From NCBI GenBank assembly GCA_024650005.2, contig CP122380.1, positions 288,001 through 352,000 of the forward strand: 64,000 nt of DNA, in the 5' to 3' direction. Origin of the DNA: Candidatus Bathyarchaeum tardum (GTDB lineage Archaea > Thermoproteota > Bathyarchaeia > Bathyarchaeales > Bathyarchaeaceae). Below are positions 30,418-40,706 of this stretch, piece after piece. Positions within the stretch are counted from its first letter, which is position 1; every line of letters begins with the position of its first letter. The translations under genes were made by a program, and so were the position numbers. Under the pieces are notes generated by a model that was given only the letters and a program-made list of their open reading frames with translations, had not been told where the DNA came from and did no database searches.

Positions 30418-30513
30418 TGGTGGGCCCGTCCGGATTTGAACCGGAGATCTCTTCCGCGTGAGGGAAGCGTCTTTTGGCCTCCATTTGGAGTTAACCAACT
30501 GGACAACGAGCCC
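30418..30513 (-). tRNA. tRNA-Val(CAC) with 19-nt D-loop intron at 21/22 (30473-30491); CCA encoded
   Basis: Acceptor stem GGGCTCG/CGGGCCC; anticodon arm CTTCC-CT CAC GC-GGAAG. BHB helix TGGT/GCCA; intron hairpin CTCC/GGAG. Confidence 0.88.
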
Positions 30514-30728
30514 ATGTCTAACTCTAAACGGTTACATTATTCCTTTATATCTTTTGTAACTTGTTAGGTGCTGTTTTGCCTTAATTTTCAGTGCTTAGCA
30601 ACAGTTCTTTGTTTTGTATTTTCAAGAAAAAATTTGTTTTTAACATTCCACTCTTATTAGTGTTATAATTTGCAGGATTATTTTCACCCTGATTAATTTT
30701 GATTGTTTTTTGGAACTGAAAATTTTGG

Positions 30729-31304
30729 TTAAGTGTATTTTTTTAGTGGTAAGAATGGGTGAACTTGTCTTTTGTAGTTGATGAAGTGTTCACCAAGGTT
30801 TTGTGTTAGATAATTTGTTTCTTTTGAGGCAGTTATTGCGAGAAACAAAACCATGAGCAACCCCATACTAAATGCAATTGCCGTCAGGTACCACGGTGCG
30901 TGAATTAGTAATGTTGCTAGTGCGCCAATGGAAAACAGGAAAACTCCTGTGTACAATGGATGGCGTATGTATGCGTATATTCCTGTGACTTCAAGTTTTG
31001 AGGTTTTGCTGCAGTATCCTGCCCATGTGTGGGCGATGCCTAAATCCCGTTTAGATTTTACTACTGCTATGGTTCCCAGAACTGTGAGAGTAAACGCCGT
31101 AAAATCAAACATGGTCAGATAGTTCATAGTGGTTAGGGTGTATGCAGAGATTATTACTGGTCCAAAATATGTGAATTTTAGTAGTTGTGTGATTTTTTCG
31201 TTGATTAGGGGGACCATTCCATTTTTTTGTCTAAAGTCAGAAATGAAAACCACAAAGATGCCCATGGTTATGAACTGAGCCAGTTTAAAGATTGTAATCC
31301 ACAC
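30729..31304 (-). CDS. isoprenylcysteine carboxyl methyltransferase/PEMT family membrane protein
   Basis: LEVTGIYAYIRHPLYTG and KE..L...LG..F..YK..V motifs. Confidence 0.85.
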   Translation of the reverse strand: MWITIFKLAQFITMGIFVVFISDFRQKNGMVPLINEKITQLLKFTYFGPVIISAYTLTTMNYLTMFDFTAFTLTVLGTIAVVKSKRDLGIAHTWAGYCSKTSKLEVTGIYAYIRHPLYTGVFLFSIGALATLLIHAPWYLTAIAFSMGLLMVLFLAITASKETNYLTQNLGEHFINYKRQVHPFLPLKKYT

Positions 31305-31529
31305 TTTAAGCTACCTGACGGGTTGATTTTAGTAACAACATTATTTCTTGTATATAATTCCATTGAATTTTGATTCAGCGTTTATGCAGACACAATTCAA
31401 TGAAGAGTGTGTAGCGTTTTGATAAAACATTTTTTGGATAAAACTCTTGAAGAATCGTGAACTTGGTGTTTTTCTTGCTAGAGCAATAGTTAAATACGTG
31501 CGCTCTATTTATTGGTTCGTCGTTCAAAA

Positions 31530-31826
31530 ATGATCCGAAGACTTGTCTTAGATGTCTTAAAACCCCACAAACCAAGTGTTGTTGAAGTTTCTGAAGCTCT
31601 TAGTCACCTTGAAGGTGTGGAAGGCGTAAACATAATAATCAACGAAATAGACCAGCAAGTAGAAAACGCTAAAGTAATCATTGCAGGGATTTCCATAGAT
31701 TTTGCACAAATACAAGAAAAGCTTGAAGAGTTTGGAGCCACTATTCATTCTATCGACGAGGTTGCTGCTGGCAAGCGTATAGTTGAGGAAGTGAAAACCC
31801 CTCAAGATAGTTCTGCTAGAATGTGA
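31530..31826 (+). CDS. DUF211 family protein
   Basis: IRRLVLDVLKPH..P and GATIHSIDEV motifs. Confidence 0.88.
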   Translation: MIRRLVLDVLKPHKPSVVEVSEALSHLEGVEGVNIIINEIDQQVENAKVIIAGISIDFAQIQEKLEEFGATIHSIDEVAAGKRIVEEVKTPQDSSARM

Positions 31827-31845
31827 AATAGGTTAAGACCGTATT

Positions 31846-32430
31846 ATGAAATTTCTGGACAACCTTAGGCGCTATATCCAGATCAGTGGAGTAGGGCCAA
31901 TAAGCCGAAGATTCTTTATAATGAATGCCTTTGATGGAGCAACTACTGTACTTGGGGTAGTCGTAGGAGCCTACGCTGCGGGAATAAACAACGAGAGCTG
32001 GGTCATTTTATCTGCATTGGGTGCAACAATCGCAATGGGTATGTCAGGTTTTGCTGGTTCGTACATGGCTGAAGAAGCAGAAAGTGCAAAAAAGCTTATC
32101 ACTTTAGAAAAAATGATGTTAACCGAACTAAAAGACAGCGTAGTAGGCAAAGCTAACCGTTTTGCTTCCCTTTGGGCTGCATTAATTGGAGGAGGAGCTC
32201 CTGCTTTAACTGGTGCAACATGTTTGTTGCCTTTTTTGTTTTCAGCTCACGGCATTGTTTCTGCTAGTCTAGCAATTCAAATGTCCATAGGCGTAGCTTT
32301 GTGTATAATGTTCTTGTTAGGTGCCATTCTGGGAAAAATTTCCTGTCGAAACGTTGTTATCCATGGAGCAAAAATGTTAGCTGTTGGAGTTTTGTTGACT
32401 CTTATCTTTTTTACGCTGAAACTAACATAG
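31846..32430 (+). CDS. VIT1/CCC1-like membrane protein (TIGR00267-type)
   Basis: RRFFIMNAFDG and AMGMSGFAGSYMAEEAE motifs; usual neighbour of DUF211. Confidence 0.85.
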   Translation: MKFLDNLRRYIQISGVGPISRRFFIMNAFDGATTVLGVVVGAYAAGINNESWVILSALGATIAMGMSGFAGSYMAEEAESAKKLITLEKMMLTELKDSVVGKANRFASLWAALIGGGAPALTGATCLLPFLFSAHGIVSASLAIQMSIGVALCIMFLLGAILGKISCRNVVIHGAKMLAVGVLLTLIFFTLKLT

Positions 32431-32519
32431 TGAATGACGTATGTCAAAGGTTATTAAGTGGTTTATAAGAGTCTAACTGGTCTGAAACAATAAACAAATT
32501 GATCTTATGGAGACAGAAA

Positions 32520-33638
32520 TTGTTGGTTGGTCAAGAAATTCTTGAAGTTCTTTATTCGCCAGTTAAAGCATTCAAAAAAATCATAGAAAAGCCAGATTTC
32601 AAAGGCGTTGCTGTTGTTTTGTTGCTTGTTATTGCTTCAGCAATAGCTGTGCAATATGTTGCTAGTTCTAAACAGTTTCTTGAATTACAGGTCCCAGAAG
32701 ATGAAATCTGGACCGAAGAACTATTTAATCAACATGTTTGGACGTCTAACGGAGTGCTTTCTCGGGATGCCATTAATTATCAGGTTGGAAACAGCAGTAT
32801 CCAGTCTGCAGTTACTGATTCAACTTTTTGGTTAAAGCTTACTGCCATTGAACCAATCAACTGTTCAGAAGGAACAGAATATACTGAACTTTTTTTCTGG
32901 ATGAACTGGACCCATGATGCTGGTTCACGTCCAGTTTCTGGAACAATTAAACTGTTCTCTGGCAGCGAAGACAGTTACTTTGAACGAGACCTAGCAGTTC
33001 TAATTGGTTCAAACAATGAATGGTCAAACGTTACTTTGAGTATTGGTTCCGGTCAGGGTTGGGATTTAGTTAATTCTCCTGATTGGGAAAACATAACCGG
33101 TGTTGAGTTTGATCTAAATTGGGCTGATTCAGCAAACTTGAGCGTGAACGTTGACGCTCTGGTTTTTCGAACCTTTGCTTCATCTGTTCAGATGGGGACG
33201 GTTTACATTGAATTTATATCTACAATAATCCAAGCTGGAATGACATGGGTAGTTTGGGGTGGACTTTTAATTCTTGTTGCTAAACTTTTCAACGAAGACC
33301 TAGGAAAATGGAACGTGTTCTTCATAATCATCGGCTACGTTTTCATGGTAACAGTTGTCACTAATTTAATAACTGCTATTGTAGCAACAAATCTTCCTGA
33401 CTTGACCTATCTGTTGGATCCCACTTCCTCGTATTATTATGCTCGAAATGCAGAAGTTTGGGTTTCAAATTTGGGCTATCAGCTTTTGACTCCATTGCTT
33501 TGGGTCGGCTACATTTGGACAACAGGTCTTAGCGCCTTAGTAATTCATGAAATGAAAGAAATTCCTTGGGGAAAAGCTCTAACAATCGCTGTTATCGCTT
33601 TTGCTGCAAGACTGGTGCTTAGTGCTTTTGGTTTCTAA
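32520..33638 (+). CDS. Yip1-domain membrane protein with inserted extracellular beta-domain
   Basis: LYSPVKAFKKIIEKP N-terminus; five TM segments; ~170-aa loop. Confidence 0.7.
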   Translation: MLVGQEILEVLYSPVKAFKKIIEKPDFKGVAVVLLLVIASAIAVQYVASSKQFLELQVPEDEIWTEELFNQHVWTSNGVLSRDAINYQVGNSSIQSAVTDSTFWLKLTAIEPINCSEGTEYTELFFWMNWTHDAGSRPVSGTIKLFSGSEDSYFERDLAVLIGSNNEWSNVTLSIGSGQGWDLVNSPDWENITGVEFDLNWADSANLSVNVDALVFRTFASSVQMGTVYIEFISTIIQAGMTWVVWGGLLILVAKLFNEDLGKWNVFFIIIGYVFMVTVVTNLITAIVATNLPDLTYLLDPTSSYYYARNAEVWVSNLGYQLLTPLLWVGYIWTTGLSALVIHEMKEIPWGKALTIAVIAFAARLVLSAFGF

Positions 33639-33835
33639 AAGGCTAAATATCTGTTAAGTAAAGGGCACATCTTGGGTCATTTTGTGCTTTTTGCTTCCGT
33701 GCCCTTTTCTTTGTTGTTTGTGGCAAAACTTATATCGTCGTTAATGCTCCTTTGATTTCGCCAACAGAACCGAATAAGCACAAAATCATTTATTGATGTG
33801 TTGTTCATTTTAGTGGCAAAATAAAACGGAGGAAT

Positions 33836-34132
33836 ATGCCCTTGAAAATTAATGAACTAAGAGATGGAATGCGAAAAGTAGATGTTGAAGCAGACGTAGT
33901 CGAAAAATCAGATGTCCGCGAAGTTCGCTCACGATACACAAATGATACTTACCGTGTTGCTGACGCAACAATCGAAGACGAAACAGGCAAAATAACCCTG
34001 ACCCTATGGAACGAACAAACAGAACAAGTCAACGTTGGGGACCGTATCAAAATCGAAAACGGTTACATCAAATCTTTTAGAGATGTGCTTCAGCTCAACT
34101 CAGGAAAATATGGGACATTAACAGTCCTGTAA
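33836..34132 (+). CDS. ssb: single-stranded DNA-binding protein (single OB fold, crenarchaeal type)
   Basis: KINELRDG, VADATIEDETGKITLTLWNE and LNSGKYG motifs; GGAGG Shine-Dalgarno. Confidence 0.88.
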   Translation: MPLKINELRDGMRKVDVEADVVEKSDVREVRSRYTNDTYRVADATIEDETGKITLTLWNEQTEQVNVGDRIKIENGYIKSFRDVLQLNSGKYGTLTVL

Positions 34133-34349
34133 ATCCCTACTTTTCTATCTAAAGATTTTGAACATTTAACTGTCCTATAAAATAGAGCAAACTTGAATTT
34201 TGTTTTTCAGGTTTTCTTTTCATATTTCTTTACTTTTTTAATCCCAAAAGAAAAACTGTTAAATCTTTGAATGAATGTTTTTCAGAAAATCATACCATTA
34301 GACTTAATGTTAATATTAAAGAGTAAATATTAACACAGAACAGCAATCC

Positions 34350-34425
34350 AGCCCGGTAGTGTAGTGGACAATCATGGAGGCCTTTGGAGCCTCTGACGGG
34401 AGTTCGAATCTCCCCCGGGCTACCA
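34350..34425 (+). tRNA. tRNA-Gln(TTG), intronless; CCA encoded; integration target
   Basis: AGCCCGG/CCGGGCT acceptor; GAGGC-CT TTG GA-GCCTC anticodon arm; GGGAG-TTCGAAT-CTCCC T arm. Confidence 0.95.
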
Positions 34426-34435
34426 TCTTCTAGAC
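34413..34435 (+). repeat. attL-like repeat (tRNA-Gln 3' end plus flank)
   Basis: ccccgggctaccatcttctagac. Confidence 0.8.
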
Positions 34436-34516
34436 AATAATTTATACTTTTTAGCCGAGAGAAAATTCGCCTCATCTTCCCTCTTTTTTATTGTCTATCG
34501 TCTGGAGGTTTATTTT

Positions 34517-34639
34517 TTTAGTGAGCAGAAGATCTATTGTGAATGCTGTGGCAGCAAATGGGTTGTAATCGGCGTTGGTAATCAGATCTTAGCTATGCTT
34601 GATAAGTGCCCTTTATGTTCTGAAATAAAGTTGACTTGA
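34517..34639 (+). pseudogene. 40-codon zinc-ribbon micro-ORF lacking a standard start codon
   Basis: GGAGGT at 34504-34509; TTT where a start codon is expected; reads SEQKIYCECCGSKW...DKCPLCSEIKLT*. Confidence 0.45.
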
Positions 34640-34830
34640 TTTTCTATAGAATTCTTCTATTTTAACTCGTAATAGAGAAAAAGACAGGTTCAACGTGTTA
34701 AACGAGTTAAACACGATTTTTTAACTCTAGCAGATGCAGTTCCTCTTACAAAGAAGGGCTTGCAGAAAAACAAACACCTAGCAAAGAGAATGCTCACTTT
34801 TTCTGGTCTAATCAAATCTAGGTGACCGTG

Positions 34831-35076
34831 TTGAAAGCTGATATGAAACGGGATACTTTCCGCAGAACCATTTTGGAATTTGTTGGTAAAGGCTGCGTCC
34901 ACTATACTGACTTGGGCAAGAAGGTGTGCTCCTCATGTCACCCCTTCGCTACCATAAACACCTTCAACTCGCAGCTCCGATACCTGCTGGACAGTCAATA
35001 CATTGAAAAAGTTGCCAGAGGCGTCTACCAGATAACAATCAGAGGCACACAATACCTGCATCTACTAACAGAATAG
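34831..35076 (+). CDS. small winged-helix DNA-binding protein
   Basis: ILEFV...YTDL...FNSQLRYLLDSQYIEKVARGVYQITIRGTQYL; AGGTGA Shine-Dalgarno. Start is 34828, 34831 or 34843. Confidence 0.75.
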   Translation: MKADMKRDTFRRTILEFVGKGCVHYTDLGKKVCSSCHPFATINTFNSQLRYLLDSQYIEKVARGVYQITIRGTQYLHLLTE

Positions 35077-35095
35077 CACCCATTTCACGACTCTA

Positions 35096-35162
35096 GTCAA
35101 ATTTTCTTGACCAGTACCCAATAAAGTTGGTCAAGGTTTCTTGACAAAAACCCTTTTTCATA
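35096..35162 (+). promoter_or_regulatory. twin palindromic operators GTCAA-N6-TTGAC (35096-35111, 35130-35145) abutting BRE/TATA-like AAAAACCCTTTTTCATA
   Basis: The same architecture and 34-bp spacing recur at 44637-44702. Confidence 0.75.
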
Positions 35163-35193
35163 CAAATTAACGATACATAAACCTGATCACATA

Positions 35194-36480
35194 ATGAAGA
35201 AAATATCAATGCTTTCGTTATTGATTTTGCTTACTTTGATTAGCTCAGTATTTACTCCCTGTGGTAATGCTTCTTTGGAGTTGTGGAGCCAAACTTATGG
35301 TGGTGATAGTTATGAAACTGCTACTGTTGTTGTTGAAACTTCTGGGGATAATGGTTTGGCTATTGCAGGCGGCACAACCTCTTTTGGTTTTGGAGATGGT
35401 GAGTATGATTTTTGGTTAATCAAAACCAACAGTTACGGAGTTATGGAATGGAACCAAACCTACGGTAAAGAAGGTGACGATTACCCTTATTCACTAATCG
35501 AAACCGTTGATGGTGGATTTGCACTGGTTGGAAAAACAGGTGGAGGTGGGTCTTTTCTTGGTGATGATTATGATGTTTTGCTAATCAAAACAGACAAGTT
35601 CGGAAATGTGCAATGGAACAAAACTTTTGGGGGAACAAAAGGCGACAGCGGCAACTGTTTGATTCAAACCTCTGATGGAGGATTTGCTTTTGTTGGCTAC
35701 ACAGAATTAGACACAACAGGATGTGATTTTTGGCTGGTCAAGATTGACAGTGATGGAAACATACAATGGCAAAAAACTTACGCACTTGGAGTTAACAACT
35801 ACAATCGAGCAGGCTCATTAGTTGAACTTTCTGATGGCGGATATGTTATAGTGGGCACTGTTTCACCTTTTATGGGTGGAGGCGACAGTTGGTTCATTAA
35901 AGTTGACCAGTATGGCAATATGGTGTGGAATCAAACCTACAAAAACGGAAAACTTTTTTCAATAGTCAAGACCGTCGATGGTTTTGTTTTGGCAGGAGAT
36001 ACCCGAAGTTATGGCGCAAAGGGATTGGACGATTTTTGGTTACTTAAAACGGATGCTGTTGGAAATGTGGAATGGAATCAAACATTTGGTGGAGCTAGCA
36101 GTGATGTTAGTTCGGATTTAATCCAAACATTAGATGGTGGATTTGCTATAGCTGGTTATACTGAGTCTTTCGGTGAAGGCGCTAGAGATTTCTGGCTAAT
36201 AAAAACAGATGCAACTGGAAAGGCGGTTTGGAATCAAACGTATGGAGATTCTAGATATTGTGATGCTAATTCGTTAGTGCAAACTTTTGATGGCGGATTC
36301 GTGCTTGTTGGAGCAGTTAACTCAATTTCTCCTTCTTCTGATTGGTGGGTAATAAAAGCTGACATGCAAGGTATTCCAGAGTTTTCGTCATGGACACCCC
36401 TACTGATTATGCTAGTTGCTTTCTTGATTGTGGCGGTCATTTACAGACAAAAACTAAGCCAAAGGAGAGCGGAACAGTGA
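35194..36480 (+). CDS. secreted beta-propeller repeat protein with PEF-CTERM-type sorting signal
   Basis: Repeats of WNQTYGG...LIQTxDGGFAxxG...DFWLIKTD; ends IPEFSSW-TM-basic tail. Confidence 0.85.
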   Translation: MKKISMLSLLILLTLISSVFTPCGNASLELWSQTYGGDSYETATVVVETSGDNGLAIAGGTTSFGFGDGEYDFWLIKTNSYGVMEWNQTYGKEGDDYPYSLIETVDGGFALVGKTGGGGSFLGDDYDVLLIKTDKFGNVQWNKTFGGTKGDSGNCLIQTSDGGFAFVGYTELDTTGCDFWLVKIDSDGNIQWQKTYALGVNNYNRAGSLVELSDGGYVIVGTVSPFMGGGDSWFIKVDQYGNMVWNQTYKNGKLFSIVKTVDGFVLAGDTRSYGAKGLDDFWLLKTDAVGNVEWNQTFGGASSDVSSDLIQTLDGGFAIAGYTESFGEGARDFWLIKTDATGKAVWNQTYGDSRYCDANSLVQTFDGGFVLVGAVNSISPSSDWWVIKADMQGIPEFSSWTPLLIMLVAFLIVAVIYRQKLSQRRAEQ

Positions 36481-37508
36481 AACGGTCTGCTTCTTTGCTT
36501 GCTCTGTTGCTGTTTCTTTCTGTTGTTCTGCCCGCTTTTTCAACCCCTTTAGTATGGGCAGCTGAGGATTCTTGGACAACCTTGGAGCCGATGCCTACGG
36601 AGAGAGCTTGGCTTGGGGTTGCTGTTGTAGACGGGAAGATATACGCAATAGTTGACACAATTAATTACGAGTATGATCCATCAACAAACTCGTGGACTAC
36701 AAAGACGCCAATGCCAACCCCAAGGAATGGTTTTGGAATAGCTGTGGTTGAAAATAAAATATACGTTATAGGTGGAGGGACTGTAATAAACGAAGCATAT
36801 GATCCCACAACAGATACATGGGAAACTAAAGCTCCAATGAATATTGCAAGAAGCGGGTTATCTGCAAGCGTTATAAATGGAAAAATCTATTGCATAGGAG
36901 GGAATAGGGGCGAACCCACCTATTCTGGAGTTTCTGCAACTGAGGTTTATGATCCATCAACAGACACTTGGACTACCGCACATCAAATACCAACTCCTGT
37001 TACTGGTCATGTTTCCGCGGTTGTCAATAACAAAATTTACATAATCGGTGGTGCAATTGGTGTTACTCTCAATCAAATTTATGACCTTGAAACTGACGCA
37101 TGGAGCACCGGAGCCCCATTACCTACGGGCGTGGACTCTGCAGCTGCGGGTGTAACCGCCGGAACCACAGGCACACAAAGAATTTTTGTAATAGGTGGGA
37201 AACAGAATCTCGACGCCGTAAAATTGAATCAGGTCTATGATCCAGAAACAGATACGTGGGTTTATGGTCCTGCAATGCCGACTGCCCGTTATAGTTTAGG
37301 TGTTGCAGTCGTAAACGATAGTATATATGCAATTGGGGGACGCGAAGGCTGGTTTGGATCTCCCGTCTCCGCAGCAAACGAAAAATACACACCAGCCGAT
37401 TTCATCCCAGAGTTTCCCTCATTGTCAATATTAGTTGCTGGGGTATCAGTTGTTTTGATTTTATCAGTATTTTTTAGGCAGAAAATTAAGAAAGGAAGGA
37501 AAACATGA
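36477..37508 (+). CDS. Kelch-repeat surface protein, PEF-CTERM
   Basis: GTG start overlaps the upstream stop; KIYVIGG...YDP..DTW repeats; IPEFPS-TM-basic tail. Confidence 0.88.
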   Translation: MKRSASLLALLLFLSVVLPAFSTPLVWAAEDSWTTLEPMPTERAWLGVAVVDGKIYAIVDTINYEYDPSTNSWTTKTPMPTPRNGFGIAVVENKIYVIGGGTVINEAYDPTTDTWETKAPMNIARSGLSASVINGKIYCIGGNRGEPTYSGVSATEVYDPSTDTWTTAHQIPTPVTGHVSAVVNNKIYIIGGAIGVTLNQIYDLETDAWSTGAPLPTGVDSAAAGVTAGTTGTQRIFVIGGKQNLDAVKLNQVYDPETDTWVYGPAMPTARYSLGVAVVNDSIYAIGGREGWFGSPVSAANEKYTPADFIPEFPSLSILVAGVSVVLILSVFFRQKIKKGRKT

Positions 37509-38476
37509 ACAAAATCAAACCATTATTTTCTGTTTTTCTGATTTCCTTCCTTGTTTTGGCATCTATTCCTCAGATTAAAGTAGTGAAGGCACAGGGCAAT
37601 ACGATTTACATTAGAGCTGATGGAACAGTTGAGGGAACAGATAAGCTTCAACGGGATGGGAATGTATATACTTTTAGAGATAACATTAATGCTGAAATTA
37701 CAGTTGAGATTGATGATATTGTAATTGATGGAGCAGATTATAGTCTTCAGGGAAATGGAGACGGTGTGGGAATACATGTTCCTAACAATGGTAATCTGGA
37801 AATAAAGAATACCAAAATACAGGGTTTCAAATTTGCTATTTACTTTGATTACTATTCTAAGAACAGTAACATCATTTCTGGCAATACTTTGACAAATAAC
37901 ACCCATGGTATCTACATCTATTCAAGTAATAACCATATTTTTGGGAACTACATAGAGGACAGTGGAACAGGGATACGACTGGTAGAATCTTATAACAATA
38001 CAATTTTTCAAAACAAAATAGTTGGAAATGAAGCAGGAATCGGTTTTGGTAGTGGAGGTGGATACAGCACTATATTTCATAATTTGATAGCAGACAACGA
38101 TTATGCCTTCACATTTTGGGCAAATTCACAAAATATCATCTACGGAAACAATCTAATTAACAACACAAATCAAGTGCATGTTTGGAGTTCATCAAATAAC
38201 TGGGATTATGAGTCAACGGGAAATTATTGGAGCGACTACAACGGCACAGACAGCAACGGAGATGGAATCGGTGACACACCCTATGTGATTAGCACCTCTC
38301 CTGAAGATTATGGAGATGCTGACAACTGCCCATTAATGAAACCAGTTAACGATGCTATAATCCCAGAGTTTCCCTCATGGACACCAATGCTGATTATGTT
38401 ATGTGCAGTTTTAGCCATGGCGGTCGCTTACAGACGAAGACTACATGAACAGAACCAAAGGAGAGCGGATCAGTGA
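37505..38476 (+). CDS. NosD/CASH parallel beta-helix surface protein, PEF-CTERM
   Basis: N-x-I-x-x-N repeats; GNYWSDYNGTDSNGDGIGDTPY; IPEFPSW-TM. Confidence 0.88.
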   Translation: MNKIKPLFSVFLISFLVLASIPQIKVVKAQGNTIYIRADGTVEGTDKLQRDGNVYTFRDNINAEITVEIDDIVIDGADYSLQGNGDGVGIHVPNNGNLEIKNTKIQGFKFAIYFDYYSKNSNIISGNTLTNNTHGIYIYSSNNHIFGNYIEDSGTGIRLVESYNNTIFQNKIVGNEAGIGFGSGGGYSTIFHNLIADNDYAFTFWANSQNIIYGNNLINNTNQVHVWSSSNNWDYESTGNYWSDYNGTDSNGDGIGDTPYVISTSPEDYGDADNCPLMKPVNDAIIPEFPSWTPMLIMLCAVLAMAVAYRRRLHEQNQRRADQ

Positions 38477-39597
38477 AACGATCTGCAAGTCTGCTTGTTC
38501 TGTTGTTGCTTCTTTCTTTGCTTCTGCCTTTTTTGTTAACACCTTTAGTTAGGGCTGCTGAGGATTCTTGGCTTTCAAAAGCATCTATGAACGAAACCAG
38601 AGCATATCTAGGAGCTGAAGTTGTTAATGGAAAAATCTATGCTATTGGAGGCGACCAAGGGTCACTAATTGGAAACGCCATGAATTCAGTAGGAATGACT
38701 CAACAAACCACAAATGCTACTGAGGAATACAATCCCAGCTTAGACAAATGGACAATAAAGTCTCCGATGCCAACTGCTAGAGCACGTTTTGGAACTGCAG
38801 TATACCAAAACAAAATTTATTGTATAGGAGGATATACCGCCACTTTCGATGGTGGAACCAACTACTTTGACCTAGAGGCAAATGAAGTCTATAATCCAAT
38901 TAATGATACTTGGGAAAGTAAGACACCTTTACCAACCCCTAGACATTCCCCAACAACAAATATGGTTAACGGAAAAATCTATGTCATAGGCGGATACTCG
39001 ATTACTACACACTCCATACTGAATGTAGCCGAAGTCTATGATCCAACCAGTAATACGTGGGAAACAATATCTCCGCCTCCTCTGGAAGTCGGAAGCAGTG
39101 CCTCGGCAGTTATTGACAACAAAATATACGCCTTAGGACAAAATTCAAGTGCCTGGGAAACTTTCATTCAAGTTTATGATCCTTTGACTGACAAATGGAA
39201 CATTAAAGGGTATACACCTGTGAGTGCTTTTGCAAGTGCTGTTGTAACAAGTGGTTTGAGTGCTCCAGAGAGGATTTACTTTTTTGATGAGAACAGAACG
39301 GACGTTTACAATCCCACCGACGATAGTTGGGTAGAAGGTACTCCAGCACCAACGAATCGACCTGTTGCTGCTGTCGCTGTTATTGATGATTTAATTTATC
39401 TTGTTGGTGGACGTACTGGACAATGGGGCTATATGACTTTCATGTATCCCAGCGCTCTATGTGAACAATACTTACCAATCGGCTATATTCCAGAGTTTCC
39501 CTCGTGGACACCCCTACTGAGTACTCTAGTTGCTGTCCTGGTGGTAGCGGCTATTTACCGGCGAAGACTAGCCAATAATCATGGGATGATAGAATAG
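38473..39597 (+). CDS. Kelch-repeat surface protein, PEF-CTERM
   Basis: Signal peptide ..VRA/AEDSW; Kelch repeats; IPEFPSW-TM. Confidence 0.88.
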   Translation: MKRSASLLVLLLLLSLLLPFLLTPLVRAAEDSWLSKASMNETRAYLGAEVVNGKIYAIGGDQGSLIGNAMNSVGMTQQTTNATEEYNPSLDKWTIKSPMPTARARFGTAVYQNKIYCIGGYTATFDGGTNYFDLEANEVYNPINDTWESKTPLPTPRHSPTTNMVNGKIYVIGGYSITTHSILNVAEVYDPTSNTWETISPPPLEVGSSASAVIDNKIYALGQNSSAWETFIQVYDPLTDKWNIKGYTPVSAFASAVVTSGLSAPERIYFFDENRTDVYNPTDDSWVEGTPAPTNRPVAAVAVIDDLIYLVGGRTGQWGYMTFMYPSALCEQYLPIGYIPEFPSWTPLLSTLVAVLVVAAIYRRRLANNHGMIE

Positions 39598-40706
39598 TGA
39601 AAAAATCTGCAATCTTGCTTGCTTTATTGCTGTTTCTTTCTGTTCTTCTTCCAACTTTATCAACACCTTTAGTTTGGGCAACTGAGGATTGGTGGACAAC
39701 AATGGAGCCTATGCCGACTAATAGAAGTAGCTTGGGAGTTGCTGTTGTGAATGGTAAAATCTACGCAATTGGAGGCGTCCAAAGTGACATTAATGAAGAG
39801 TACGATCCGGCAAAAAACAGCTGGACAACCAAAATGCCTATGCCAACCGCAAGAGGAGATTTTGCTATAGTCGTTCTTCAAGATAGAATATATGCAATTG
39901 GGGGATTGACCAGATCAGGACAATGGACTGCTGAACTTACAGGCGTAAATGAAGTCTACGACCCGGCAACAGACTCATGGGCAACAAAAAAGTCAATTCC
40001 CGTACCCAAAGCTGGTTTATCAGCAAATGTCGTAGAGGGTAAAATCTATCTAATCGGTGGATTTACTCAACTAGCAAATAGTACTGTCAAAACAACAAGC
40101 GACGAAACCCTTGTTTATGATCCTATCGATGATTCTTGGACTACAAAAACGCCAATCCCCACTGCGACATTAGATTATGCCACAGCAGTTGTTGACGACA
40201 AAATCTATGTAATCTCGGGAACTTCACGTGCCTATAGCGATAGTCTAGTAAATCCAACTCAAATTTACGACCCAAAAACAGATACGTGGAGTCAAGGCGC
40301 TCCAATTCCTTATCCCATACAACAGGCTGCTGCAGGCGCAACAACGGGACTTGGAGCACCCAAAGGAATCTATGTCATAGGTGGATTCACTGGCTTTTAT
40401 TGGTCCACAAACAAAAATCAAGTATACGATCCAGAAAAGGACACATGGAGTTCAGGAGCTGATATGATCACACCATCATTTGGTTTAGATGCGACCGTTG
40501 TGGACGACCAACTTTACGCAATAGGGGGTTGCCCCGGCTATTTACAGGGATCAACAGCAACAGTAGAAAAATATACTCCAGCAGACTATATTCCAGAGTT
40601 TCCCTCCTGGACACCCCTACTTATCACATTGGTTGCAGTGGTAGCGGTAGCAGTTGTTTACAGACATGATCTACACAAACAAAACCAAAGGAGTGAGAAC
40701 CAGTGA
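39597..40706 (+). CDS. Kelch-repeat surface protein, PEF-CTERM
   Basis: Signal peptide; Kelch repeats; IPEFPSW-TM. Confidence 0.88.
   Translation: MKKSAILLALLLFLSVLLPTLSTPLVWATEDWWTTMEPMPTNRSSLGVAVVNGKIYAIGGVQSDINEEYDPAKNSWTTKMPMPTARGDFAIVVLQDRIYAIGGLTRSGQWTAELTGVNEVYDPATDSWATKKSIPVPKAGLSANVVEGKIYLIGGFTQLANSTVKTTSDETLVYDPIDDSWTTKTPIPTATLDYATAVVDDKIYVISGTSRAYSDSLVNPTQIYDPKTDTWSQGAPIPYPIQQAAAGATTGLGAPKGIYVIGGFTGFYWSTNKNQVYDPEKDTWSSGADMITPSFGLDATVVDDQLYAIGGCPGYLQGSTATVEKYTPADYIPEFPSWTPLLITLVAVVAVAVVYRHDLHKQNQRSENQ

Noticed and set aside
36390-36476. N-terminal extension of the first Kelch ORF (likewise 43875-43991, 3556-3597, 5945-6013, 15668-15724)
   Set aside because: Longest-ORF artefacts; Shine-Dalgarno position and paralog alignment point to downstream starts.
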